Sequence record: MZ475897.1
Reading direction: 5' to 3' (one strand)
DNA length: 64,000 bases
Positions 1-7,699 of this stretch are shown here, piece after piece; position 1 is the first letter of the stretch; the number at the start of each line of letters is the position of its first letter. Made by a program: the position numbers and the translations under genes. The notes beneath the pieces were generated by a model that saw only the letters and a program-made list of their open reading frames with translations, was not told the origin of the DNA and made no database searches.

Positions 1-2037
1 ACCATTCGTTACTACGCGCCTGACAACGGTGAGCGCTTCTTCGATTATATGTCGATGCTGCGTCGTCGCCTGCCTGACAAGATCGTTGAGAAAGACGGTT
101 CAGCTTACTACCTCTTCGAGAACACCAAAGAGAACTCGAAGAAGCTGGCAGGCAAGTACGATAAGAAGTGGTTCAGTCGTAACAACCAGTTCAAAGTTCC
201 TGCGCCGGATGGCCACATGCAGGCTGCTGTTATCGTTGACTCATACCCGGCAATGCTGCCTGACCAGGTCGATGATGACGACGGTTCAAAAGCAATGGCT
301 CTGCAAGCGCGTATGTTCTCCGATGGCATCAAACGTTTCCGTGGCGGCATGCGCCGTAAGATGATGACTATCGTGGGCGTTAACCAGTTGCGCCAGAAGC
401 CTGCTGTAATGTTCGGTAGCCCTGAATATGAGCCAGGCGGGGACGCTCTCAAGTTCTATTGCTTCGCTGATGACACGCGCATTCGTACCGACCACGGTGT
501 GTTGACTGCGCCTCAGATTAAAGCGTTGCTGGACGAAGGCAAAGAAGTTTGTGTTGAATCGTTCGAAGGCTTCCAGAAGATTAACGGCGCGTGGAAAGTT
601 GAAGACGCTCCTTATCCGATCGAAGTCAATGCTGGTGGCCATGTGTACATCGGCAGTGCTGAGCATCGTCAGTTCACCTTCATGCATGACACAACCGCAG
701 AAGGTATGCGTGTACTTCGCCCTGAGTGGAACACGCTTAGCCAACTGGCTCAGTACCCTTCTGCGGAAGGTCAGTACGCTGCGATTCGTCTTGCGTCCGT
801 CGAAGAACTCAAGCAGAACACGCCTGATCAATTCGATGCCTCCAGCAAGAACATCGAGCTGGTGCTTTCTAACTGCGGTCCTGAGAAGCGTGATATTAAT
901 ATCCTCTCTCATGACGGCACAACGTACACAATGCCTGCTGTGCTGATCGACGCCGTTGGTCCTTACGATCACGTTGAAGACTTCGCGCATTACATTCAGG
1001 ACTTCCTGAACATCGGTATCTATGCGTATGCAGACAACTCCGGTATCTGGATTCCTGGTCTGGTTGAAGCTGACCTGCACAATGCTGTTGCACGCGATGC
1101 AGACTCTGGTTATCAGGGCGTTGACTTCTACGCTACCTCACGTCAGATCAGCTATCAGATGATGGCAGTTATCTCTGATGTGTTCCCAGAGCTGACCCGC
1201 TTCGTTCTGGACTTCAACGCTAATCACGCGGAAGAACAGGAAGAGCAAGTTTATCTGGCGCCTGGCTTTGACATTGCCGAAGCGATGGATGGCATTCTGC
1301 ACAAAGAGATCAGCGGCTACGACGACCAATACGATCTGCTGATGCAGCAACTGGCCTATGTTGAAGACTGGTTCAGTGTTGATGACCGTCTGCTGCCTGT
1401 ACCGTTTACGCTGCGTGCGCTTGACAAGCAAGTTGAGTTCTGGGATGTTAACGTCGATGAAACTTCCGTCGTTATCACCAACAACTTCGTTAGTCATAAC
1501 AGTGACGTTCGCGTTCGTCTGGCTTCTCGTGCTGTGCCTGAAGGCTGGCCGAAACTTAAAGACGCGCCTGGCGTTGTCGGTGAGAAGTCTGTTTCTGTTG
1601 AAGGCGGTACTGACCGCTATCGCTTCATTGCAGCCAAGACCATCAAGAACAAGATGGGCGGTATCCCTAACCAGCAGACGTGGTTACGCCTGTGGGAAGC
1701 TGACGGTAACGGTGAAGCGCGTGGCTTTGACCCAGTGTTCGATACATGGCACTACGTCAAAACTCTCGGCCTCGTCAACGGTACGCGCAAGTCATTCAAA
1801 CTGAAAGCGCCGTGCCCTGTAGCATCCGAAGTTAAGATGGATTGGGATGACTTCCGTACGCTGATCAACGGTAACAAAGAACAGATTGTTAGCGTATGCA
1901 AAAAGCTGAAAGTCAAACCTGTATCTCTGCGTCTGTGGGCGTTCAAGTTCGTGCAGTCCCAGAAAGGCAAAGATATGTTGAAAGCGTCGATCAGTAAGTC
2001 CGTTAAGAACGTTAACGACGACGAAGACGACGATTAA
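1..2037 (+). CDS. recA: RecA-like recombinase (5' truncated by window), intein-containing
   Basis: Frame is open from base 1. Walker B-like AVIVDSYPAM, then ALQARMFSDGIKRF and VGVNQLRQKPAVMFGSPEYEPGGDALKFY|SDVRVRL match the RecA core ([34 protein letters not shown]). Acidic tail DDEDDD. Confidence 0.92.
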   Translation, partial: TIRYYAPDNGERFFDYMSMLRRRLPDKIVEKDGSAYYLFENTKENSKKLAGKYDKKWFSRNNQFKVPAPDGHMQAAVIVDSYPAMLPDQVDDDDGSKAMALQARMFSDGIKRFRGGMRRKMMTIVGVNQLRQKPAVMFGSPEYEPGGDALKFYCFADDTRIRTDHGVLTAPQIKALLDEGKEVCVESFEGFQKINGAWKVEDAPYPIEVNAGGHVYIGSAEHRQFTFMHDTTAEGMRVLRPEWNTLSQLAQYPSAEGQYAAIRLASVEELKQNTPDQFDASSKNIELVLSNCGPEKRDINILSHDGTTYTMPAVLIDAVGPYDHVEDFAHYIQDFLNIGIYAYADNSGIWIPGLVEADLHNAVARDADSGYQGVDFYATSRQISYQMMAVISDVFPELTRFVLDFNANHAEEQEEQVYLAPGFDIAEAMDGILHKEISGYDDQYDLLMQQLAYVEDWFSVDDRLLPVPFTLRALDKQVEFWDVNVDETSVVITNNFVSHNSDVRVRLASRAVPEGWPKLKDAPGVVGEKSVSVEGGTDRYRFIAAKTIKNKMGGIPNQQTWLRLWEADGNGEARGFDPVFDTWHYVKTLGLVNGTRKSFKLKAPCPVASEVKMDWDDFRTLINGNKEQIVSVCKKLKVKPVSLRLWAFKFVQSQKGKDMLKASISKSVKNVNDDEDDD
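460..1500 (+). mobile_element. Intein (347 aa) in RecA after ALKFY
   Basis: Begins CFADDTRIRTDHG, has block-B-like SAEH, ends VVITNNFVSHN followed by Ser+1. Removing it restores ALKFY-SDVRVRL. No clear LAGLIDADG motif in the centre. Confidence 0.93.
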
Positions 2038-2044
2038 TTAACTC

Positions 2045-2062
2045 GCGGTCCTTCAGGGCCGC
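2045..2062 (+). terminator. GC-rich hairpin after recA
   Basis: GCGGTCC-TTCA-GGGCCGC; weak U tract. Confidence 0.55.
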
Positions 2063-2081
2063 CTTCTATCTGGAGAAAGAA

Positions 2082-2465
2082 ATGCGTACTTTGATTCATA
2101 CCGCAGACGTAACCAATCTGTCTGTGCTGGAACTGGAAGAAGGCTCGGTAGCAAAGCCTGTTACTCCAAGCCTAATTTCTGATCTCAAGGAGTTGCTGTC
2201 GCGCGAAGACCTGAGTCAGAACATTCGCCACGTTGTGTTCATCTCTGCTGATCAGGTCGGTGTGTTTACCGAAGCTGAGATGATCAACTACTTCGATCCA
2301 ATCGAGCAGGTGTCTGAAATCAACGCAGGCAATATCGGTACTGTGCTGGCGATGCAGGTTATTCGTGTCGATGACAAGACTAATCTGATCGCAGTGGCTG
2401 CTGTCACTGATGTGGAAGAAGGCGTTACTATCAACGAGTTCAACGCATCACCTGTAAATCTGTAA
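2082..2465 (+). CDS. hypothetical protein
   Basis: 127-aa ORF with GGAG SD; no family recognised. Confidence 0.8.
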   Translation: MRTLIHTADVTNLSVLELEEGSVAKPVTPSLISDLKELLSREDLSQNIRHVVFISADQVGVFTEAEMINYFDPIEQVSEINAGNIGTVLAMQVIRVDDKTNLIAVAAVTDVEEGVTINEFNASPVNL

Positions 2466-2472
2466 ATAAAAC

Positions 2473-2498
2473 AAGTGAGGGCAATCGTGTCCTCACTT
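2473..2498 (+). terminator. hairpin
   Basis: AAGTGAGGGCA-ATCG-TGTCCTCACTT. Confidence 0.55.
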
Positions 2499-2535
2499 AA
2501 CTCACTCTGATAGGGCATTGACCCAGGAGATAAAC

Positions 2536-3258
2536 ATGACAATCAAATTTGTCGAAGTACCGAACGTTAGTATGTTCGAGGGTCTGGTGCATGGCGCCAA
2601 CCGACACGCACAAAACACCAACATCGGTGGCAAGGCTCGTTACGCATTCTACGTGGATGTGACAGAAGCTGCGGCCGAAGCTGCACTGTATTCAATGTTG
2701 CGCAAGAAGGCACACGCAGATGTTAGAGCTGTGGGCTACTCTGTTTCTCATACTGTGCGCGGTATGACTCAACCCAAAGAGATTCCTGTTTTCTTGTCCG
2801 ACAACTTGTCGCACATATCATTGGATTCTTTGAAACAAAATTTAGGTGAGTTGCTTCGTGCGCTATGCCGTTCGGCAGCCAGCTCTGATAGCAACATCAT
2901 TCTGTATTACCAAAAGGACATGGCTTTCATCAAAAGCAAAATGTTCGATTGGGTTCTTGAAAGCAAGTTAAGCAGACCTTCAAAAGTAGACTGCGAACTG
3001 TATGTTCGTTCCTCAAACATTGATCTTAACGTCCTTCTTAATATCGTTAGAGATCACGATTATATCGGACACTTTGCATCTAGCATACCACAAGAGATTA
3101 CAATAGGCTCTGATGCGAGTGCCATAGATGCCGTCAAGTTATGTGACACAGCCGACGTACTGGCTGCTCAAGGCCGCAAAGTGCATCTGTGCAATGACAT
3201 TTACCGCAAAGCGTTGTCTATCTTCTTTGCCGACGGTATTCCGCGTAATCAACTGTAA
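2536..3258 (+). CDS. hypothetical protein
   Basis: ORF; ATG 2536 follows AGGAGA SD. Confidence 0.8.
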   Translation: MTIKFVEVPNVSMFEGLVHGANRHAQNTNIGGKARYAFYVDVTEAAAEAALYSMLRKKAHADVRAVGYSVSHTVRGMTQPKEIPVFLSDNLSHISLDSLKQNLGELLRALCRSAASSDSNIILYYQKDMAFIKSKMFDWVLESKLSRPSKVDCELYVRSSNIDLNVLLNIVRDHDYIGHFASSIPQEITIGSDASAIDAVKLCDTADVLAAQGRKVHLCNDIYRKALSIFFADGIPRNQL

Positions 3259-3346
3259 ACCAAACACATTGCTGTGTGTAGTCTTTGGCCAAACTTAGGC
3301 TCGGGAGTCCAGGACGGGCTCCCATTTTTATTTCGGAGACAGAACA

Positions 3347-4411
3347 GTGACTGACATTAGAAGCAAAACAGCCTACGAATATCTGCATGACACCTATCTT
3401 GAAAACAATTTCTTTGTTGGCGTTCCTCGATCTAAACTCACAGCAAAGTTTCAAGAGTACCTGAAAACAACAAACGGTAAGCTGCATCGTCATGGTCTTC
3501 CTCTCGCTGACTTTATGACGTGGGCCAACATGCGCCCTGAGATCAAAAAGGGTGAGCAGCAATTTGATGCCGTCATGAGACTGCACAAACTTTCTTTTGA
3601 TGCAGCCGCCGTGTACACACAATTCGTATGGTCGTTTACCAAAGGTGTGTTCAAGATCGATCAAGAGATATGGAAACATCTCGCAGAGGGTGAGCCACCC
3701 AAGATACTGCCTTCCGATACGCTCAAGCGTTTGCCTAACTGGTCACAGTGGTTAGATACATCGCTGAGAATGGTGCGCCACGATAGCGCCAGTGATACGC
3801 TGTTTGCTCTGACCACTGAAGGCTTTTGGTCAACTTATCTGTGCTATGATCATCAAAACAGAACGCACATGTTCCTCGTAGCGCCTACCGTTATGCAAAT
3901 AGGCAAAGAGAGTTTCATCGCAACCACTCTGGTTATGTTTGACATAACAAAAGACCATGAGATGGAAGACAACATGGATTGGCAAATCACCGCCACATCA
4001 ACTGACGGTCAAACTTCCGTACGCTTTACGAAAGAGCATGAAACATACGGCAAGATATTTGACGGTTTGGTTAGTGCTTGGATTGATTCTGCTGTCAATG
4101 CGTTGTTGTTCGTCGCTTCATCAGTTGATAACGTGTATAAAGGAGGTGTAAAGGGAATCATCCCACGCAAACAAGGTAAGACGTTCAAAGTTCTACCGAT
4201 ACGTGACGTGCGTGTATGGCATGTAGGTTCCGAATTGCTTAACGAGATACGCCAGTATGAATCTGATGTAGCCTCAGAGAGTTCTCAGAATCGCCGTGCT
4301 CACATTCGTCGTGGTCATTATCATAACTACTGGTATGGCCCACGTGATGGTGAACGTGTACTAAAGGCCAAATGGCTTCCACCGTGTGTCGTTCGAGGCA
4401 CCGCAGAGTAA
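3347..4411 (+). CDS. AcrVA2-like (FinQ/AcrVA2 family) protein
   Basis: Ordered motifs WSFTKGVFKIDQEI...LKRLPNWSQWLD...GFWSTY...WHVGSELLNEIRQYE...RAHIRRGHYHNYWYG...KWLPPCVV parallel the AcrVA2 motifs as recalled (GIYQLDEEI, LNLPDWCVYVD, GFWAIY, IGERLGSEVRRY, HIRRGHWHGYW, RWQPAVFV). Confidence 0.75.
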   Translation: MTDIRSKTAYEYLHDTYLENNFFVGVPRSKLTAKFQEYLKTTNGKLHRHGLPLADFMTWANMRPEIKKGEQQFDAVMRLHKLSFDAAAVYTQFVWSFTKGVFKIDQEIWKHLAEGEPPKILPSDTLKRLPNWSQWLDTSLRMVRHDSASDTLFALTTEGFWSTYLCYDHQNRTHMFLVAPTVMQIGKESFIATTLVMFDITKDHEMEDNMDWQITATSTDGQTSVRFTKEHETYGKIFDGLVSAWIDSAVNALLFVASSVDNVYKGGVKGIIPRKQGKTFKVLPIRDVRVWHVGSELLNEIRQYESDVASESSQNRRAHIRRGHYHNYWYGPRDGERVLKAKWLPPCVVRGTAE

Positions 4412-4460
4412 TCACAATCAATCGTATCTTCCACAAAGGCGTTTAGCCTAGGAGAATCTT

Positions 4461-5219
4461 ATGTCAAGAGTACAAACGTTGTTCATCCCTGAAGTTGAAC
4501 GTTTTGAAGCGTATGTTAAGTCGTTGCTGCACATGGCACGCACGCTAGATAACAGCGGTCGTCAATATGATCGCACGAAACATGTTGTCGTCGTTGGCTC
4601 AACAACTCGCACAGTCGAAGCCTACGTCAAAACAACAATCGGCTCTAACACAGTTCCAGATGGCGTTTTCTGCCTCGGACTGAACCAAGCACCTGACCTC
4701 TATAAGAAGTATGACTTCGGCTCTGCTCATGTTGTACTAATGTTCGATCTGATGTATACGTCGGAGAGCGCAATCCAATCACTGGCCCACAGACTGTTTG
4801 ATATTATCCTGACGCTCAAGCAGCGACCAGAAGACAGAGAACTGAAAAACCTTCCGATACATATCGTCGGCCAGAACTGGAAGGTGTGGGATGCTATGAT
4901 GGAGTCAGGTGCAGCAAACGTAGCAAACTACGAATGCTATTCTACGGGATTGCAGTTTGCCCCCAATCAAACTTTCGAAACAGCCTCATGCATTACGTTT
5001 GATCAGCTACTCACGCAGGACCCGAACACTTACGCCAAGCACGACATTTCGATTGGCCGAGAGTTCACCGTGATTGATCATGCTACGCTGATTCAAAAAC
5101 TCCATAACATCAAATGGGTGTTGCAGTCAGGCCAGACACAACACAAACTCATCCTCGACCACGCGTTTCAGCGCATTTTGTTCGAGCAATATCTCTGCTA
5201 TGAGTTTCAGGGTCTTTAA
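4461..5219 (+). CDS. hypothetical protein
   Basis: 252-aa ORF, AGGAG SD. Confidence 0.8.
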   Translation: MSRVQTLFIPEVERFEAYVKSLLHMARTLDNSGRQYDRTKHVVVVGSTTRTVEAYVKTTIGSNTVPDGVFCLGLNQAPDLYKKYDFGSAHVVLMFDLMYTSESAIQSLAHRLFDIILTLKQRPEDRELKNLPIHIVGQNWKVWDAMMESGAANVANYECYSTGLQFAPNQTFETASCITFDQLLTQDPNTYAKHDISIGREFTVIDHATLIQKLHNIKWVLQSGQTQHKLILDHAFQRILFEQYLCYEFQGL

Positions 5220-5293
5220 GAATAATCTTAGTCCGCTAACTAATTTAAAAACGTTGGCAAGTAGTGCTGACGTCTAGTTATCGGAGACATAAC

Positions 5294-5557
5294 GTGTACG
5301 AACGTAGCCTCGTGCGATTGAAGTACCACGCCAGAGCACACCTCTGGTATAATAATACAGAACACGCTTGCAGTGAGCGGAAGGCTACTAATGTGCAATG
5401 TGAACAATTCTTGGAAGCAACCAAGAACTGTCGCTCTGTGCAGGAGTCGCCTAGTGTTGTTTCTTTCTACTCAGGAGCCGAGCTTGTTGGTCAAGCAATA
5501 TGGCAGCATGATGCAGACAGTGACAGCACACTTCAATTCCGGCTTCTACTTGCGTAA
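5294..5557 (+). CDS. hypothetical protein
   Basis: GTG after GGAG; the stop is followed by the hairpin at 5564-5595, favouring this frame over the 5' half of track ORF 5373..5888. Confidence 0.5.
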   Translation: MYERSLVRLKYHARAHLWYNNTEHACSERKATNVQCEQFLEATKNCRSVQESPSVVSFYSGAELVGQAIWQHDADSDSTLQFRLLLA

Positions 5558-5563
5558 CATCCT

Positions 5564-5595
5564 AAAGGGCTTTCAGATACCTCTGGCGGCCCTTT
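5564..5595 (+). terminator. hairpin
   Basis: AAAGGGC...GCCCTTT inverted repeat. Confidence 0.45.
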
Positions 5596-5621
5596 ATCAT
5601 TTCAATACACGGAGAAAGCCA

Positions 5622-5888
5622 ATGTCTGTTCAGATTCAACTGTCCGAGAAAAACCTCGACGATATTATGCAGCACTCCACCAGCCGCATCAGCCTGTCAG
5701 AGTTGAATGCTCGTCTGGCACAAGATGAAATCATCATGCAGAACGTGCTGGTGGAACGCCCTGTAGGCGCTGGTGTGCCTATCACTGTCGTGCGTGATAT
5801 TGTTGATCGCTATCTGGAGCTGATTCGCAATCCAGGTCCGATTGACGGTCAATGGCAGCCGCAAGAATACGCTATCGTGCAATACTGA
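5622..5888 (+). CDS. hypothetical protein
   Basis: ATG after GGAG SD; 3' part of track ORF 5373..5888. Confidence 0.7.
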   Translation: MSVQIQLSEKNLDDIMQHSTSRISLSELNARLAQDEIIMQNVLVERPVGAGVPITVVRDIVDRYLELIRNPGPIDGQWQPQEYAIVQY

Positions 5889-5892
5889 TCTC

Positions 5893-5914
5893 ATGGGTGC
5901 CTTAGGGCGCCCAT
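5893..5914 (+). terminator. hairpin
   Basis: ATGGGTGCC-TTAG-GGCGCCCAT. Confidence 0.6.
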
Positions 5915-5962
5915 ATTCGTTTATATGCTAATTTCTACCTACATTCAACTAGGAGAGACAGC

Positions 5963-6622
5963 ATGAAAATATTCGTTTCGCTGTCGGCCCCACAAAAACA
6001 AAAAGAACCGCCGATTGTAACTGAATCTGATCAAAAGAATCCTCGCGTAAACGATAACAGCAAACTCGGTCAAGTGTTTGATGTGTTCGTGCTCCAGCAA
6101 ATGTCCTATCTCGATATGAAAGAGATTCGTGGCTCTGCTGGTCCAAAGTACGCGCAGGTTATTGCCGACTGGCTTAACAGCCAACGCAGTATCGACAATA
6201 AGTTCCGTGTGTCTAAGCGCAGTAAGATCTCTATTGCTGTCAAGAACACTCAACAGCTTGCCGCTCGCTATACGGACATTTACCTGTTGAGTCCTGAGAG
6301 CAATAAAGAGCGTTCGTGGTTGCTTAAAGGCGAAGGCCCACAAGGCAACAACAAGACGATTGAGATTGGTCGTAATCTCTTATTAGACGTCCTATATGCT
6401 TCTGCTCTGACGTTGCTTGGTGCACACCTCGTAACAGAAGAATGGCCAGGCAACAGCACGTATGATCAAGTGTTGTTTGAAATGGACAAGCGAAGCAAAC
6501 GTGGTAAAAGGATTGGTAAGCGCTACCCACGCATTGCCAAAGAAAATGAAAACACACTAATCACGATGATGCAGGACGGGTTGTCTATTGCAGAAATCAC
6601 CGATTGGGTTCTGAAACAGTAA
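5963..6622 (+). CDS. hypothetical protein
   Basis: 219-aa ORF, AGGAG SD; N-terminal VSLSAP. Confidence 0.8.
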   Translation: MKIFVSLSAPQKQKEPPIVTESDQKNPRVNDNSKLGQVFDVFVLQQMSYLDMKEIRGSAGPKYAQVIADWLNSQRSIDNKFRVSKRSKISIAVKNTQQLAARYTDIYLLSPESNKERSWLLKGEGPQGNNKTIEIGRNLLLDVLYASALTLLGAHLVTEEWPGNSTYDQVLFEMDKRSKRGKRIGKRYPRIAKENENTLITMMQDGLSIAEITDWVLKQ

Positions 6623-6631
6623 GAGGAATCT

Positions 6632-7444
6632 ATGTCACTCGTAAAACTTCAAGGCGTCCCGTCCTTGTCCGCGCCTACCAAGGCCCAGAAAGATGCAGCT
6701 ATCTATATGTTTGGCTCTAAAGGTCATTCTATCGTTGCTGTGTTGGATAAATTCAGTCGTGCCAAAGAAGTGCGTGCACCGCATCTCGATGGTCTGTTGA
6801 AGCTGATGAAGGAAGGCGAAGATGATGAGATCATCAAATTCGTTTCATCTGCTGCTGGTAAGAAAGCTCTGGCTAACGCGAAAGCATTCGCCGTTGCAAA
6901 GACACTGACAGCAAGCATCAAAGCGCTTAAACTGATTCGCGTTCCGATGAAGTGGATCGACGGTCACTCGGATGTTGCTGCTGCCCGCAACGAAGAAACC
7001 AAAGAGATTCGCGCACGCAAGACTGCGGGCAATCGTCCTGAGAAACCTATAAAGCTCGATAACCCGCAAGCACCTGCGCCTGTTACTCCTAAGGCCAAGC
7101 CTGTTCACATCCCTTCTGGTAAGTCTGCTGACACGCTGGTGGATGAGATGGGGGAAATCGCTGCTCGTAAGATCTCAGGCAAGAGCCTGCAACAGCGTGA
7201 AGAGTATATGAATGCTCTCGGCTTTGTTATCCAGCGTAATATTCCACGTGCAAAAGTCAACGTCTCGGCTGATAGTGTTATGGTAACTAAAGGCTCCAAG
7301 ATTTATACCATTGCACTGACGCCACAAGCGTGGACGCTGCAAGAAGGTGTGACTAAGAAACCTAAGCGCATCGGCACAACGTTCGACATTGTTGACCTGC
7401 TGTCTGCGATTGATTCTTCGTTCGCTCCTGTACTGATGAAGTAA
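6632..7444 (+). CDS. hypothetical basic protein
   Basis: 270-aa K/A-rich ORF, GAGG SD; N-terminal PSLSAP. Confidence 0.85.
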   Translation: MSLVKLQGVPSLSAPTKAQKDAAIYMFGSKGHSIVAVLDKFSRAKEVRAPHLDGLLKLMKEGEDDEIIKFVSSAAGKKALANAKAFAVAKTLTASIKALKLIRVPMKWIDGHSDVAAARNEETKEIRARKTAGNRPEKPIKLDNPQAPAPVTPKAKPVHIPSGKSADTLVDEMGEIAARKISGKSLQQREEYMNALGFVIQRNIPRAKVNVSADSVMVTKGSKIYTIALTPQAWTLQEGVTKKPKRIGTTFDIVDLLSAIDSSFAPVLMK

Positions 7445-7450
7445 CAACAA

Positions 7451-7477
7451 AAGGGTGGCCTAAGGGTCGCCCTTTTT
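7451..7477 (+). terminator. intrinsic terminator
   Basis: AAGGGTGGCC-TAAG-GGTCGCCCTT followed by a T run. Confidence 0.75.
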
Positions 7478-7699
7478 CGATCTATTTGCGTGCCAATCGT
7501 AAATAACCTTTCCTCTGCGTTGCCTCTCCTACTCCTGCCTCGTCGCCCACACGCTGCATACTCATCCCATTTGTCTCTACTAACTCTGGCTCTAACTCAA
7601 AACCTACCTCAGTTTCCTATCAACCTGATCGCTAATTCCTATCTGCAAGCCAAGTTCTTGCATACGCAAATTTGCTATTAGGTTAAGAGGAATATTCCC

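Noticed and set aside
5373-5621. 5' half of track ORF 5373..5888
   Set aside because: A terminator-like hairpin (5564-5595) and a good SD before ATG 5622 indicate two separate genes
7490-7681. 63-aa L/P-rich ORF
   Set aside because: No SD; composition simply reflects the C/T-rich non-coding tract
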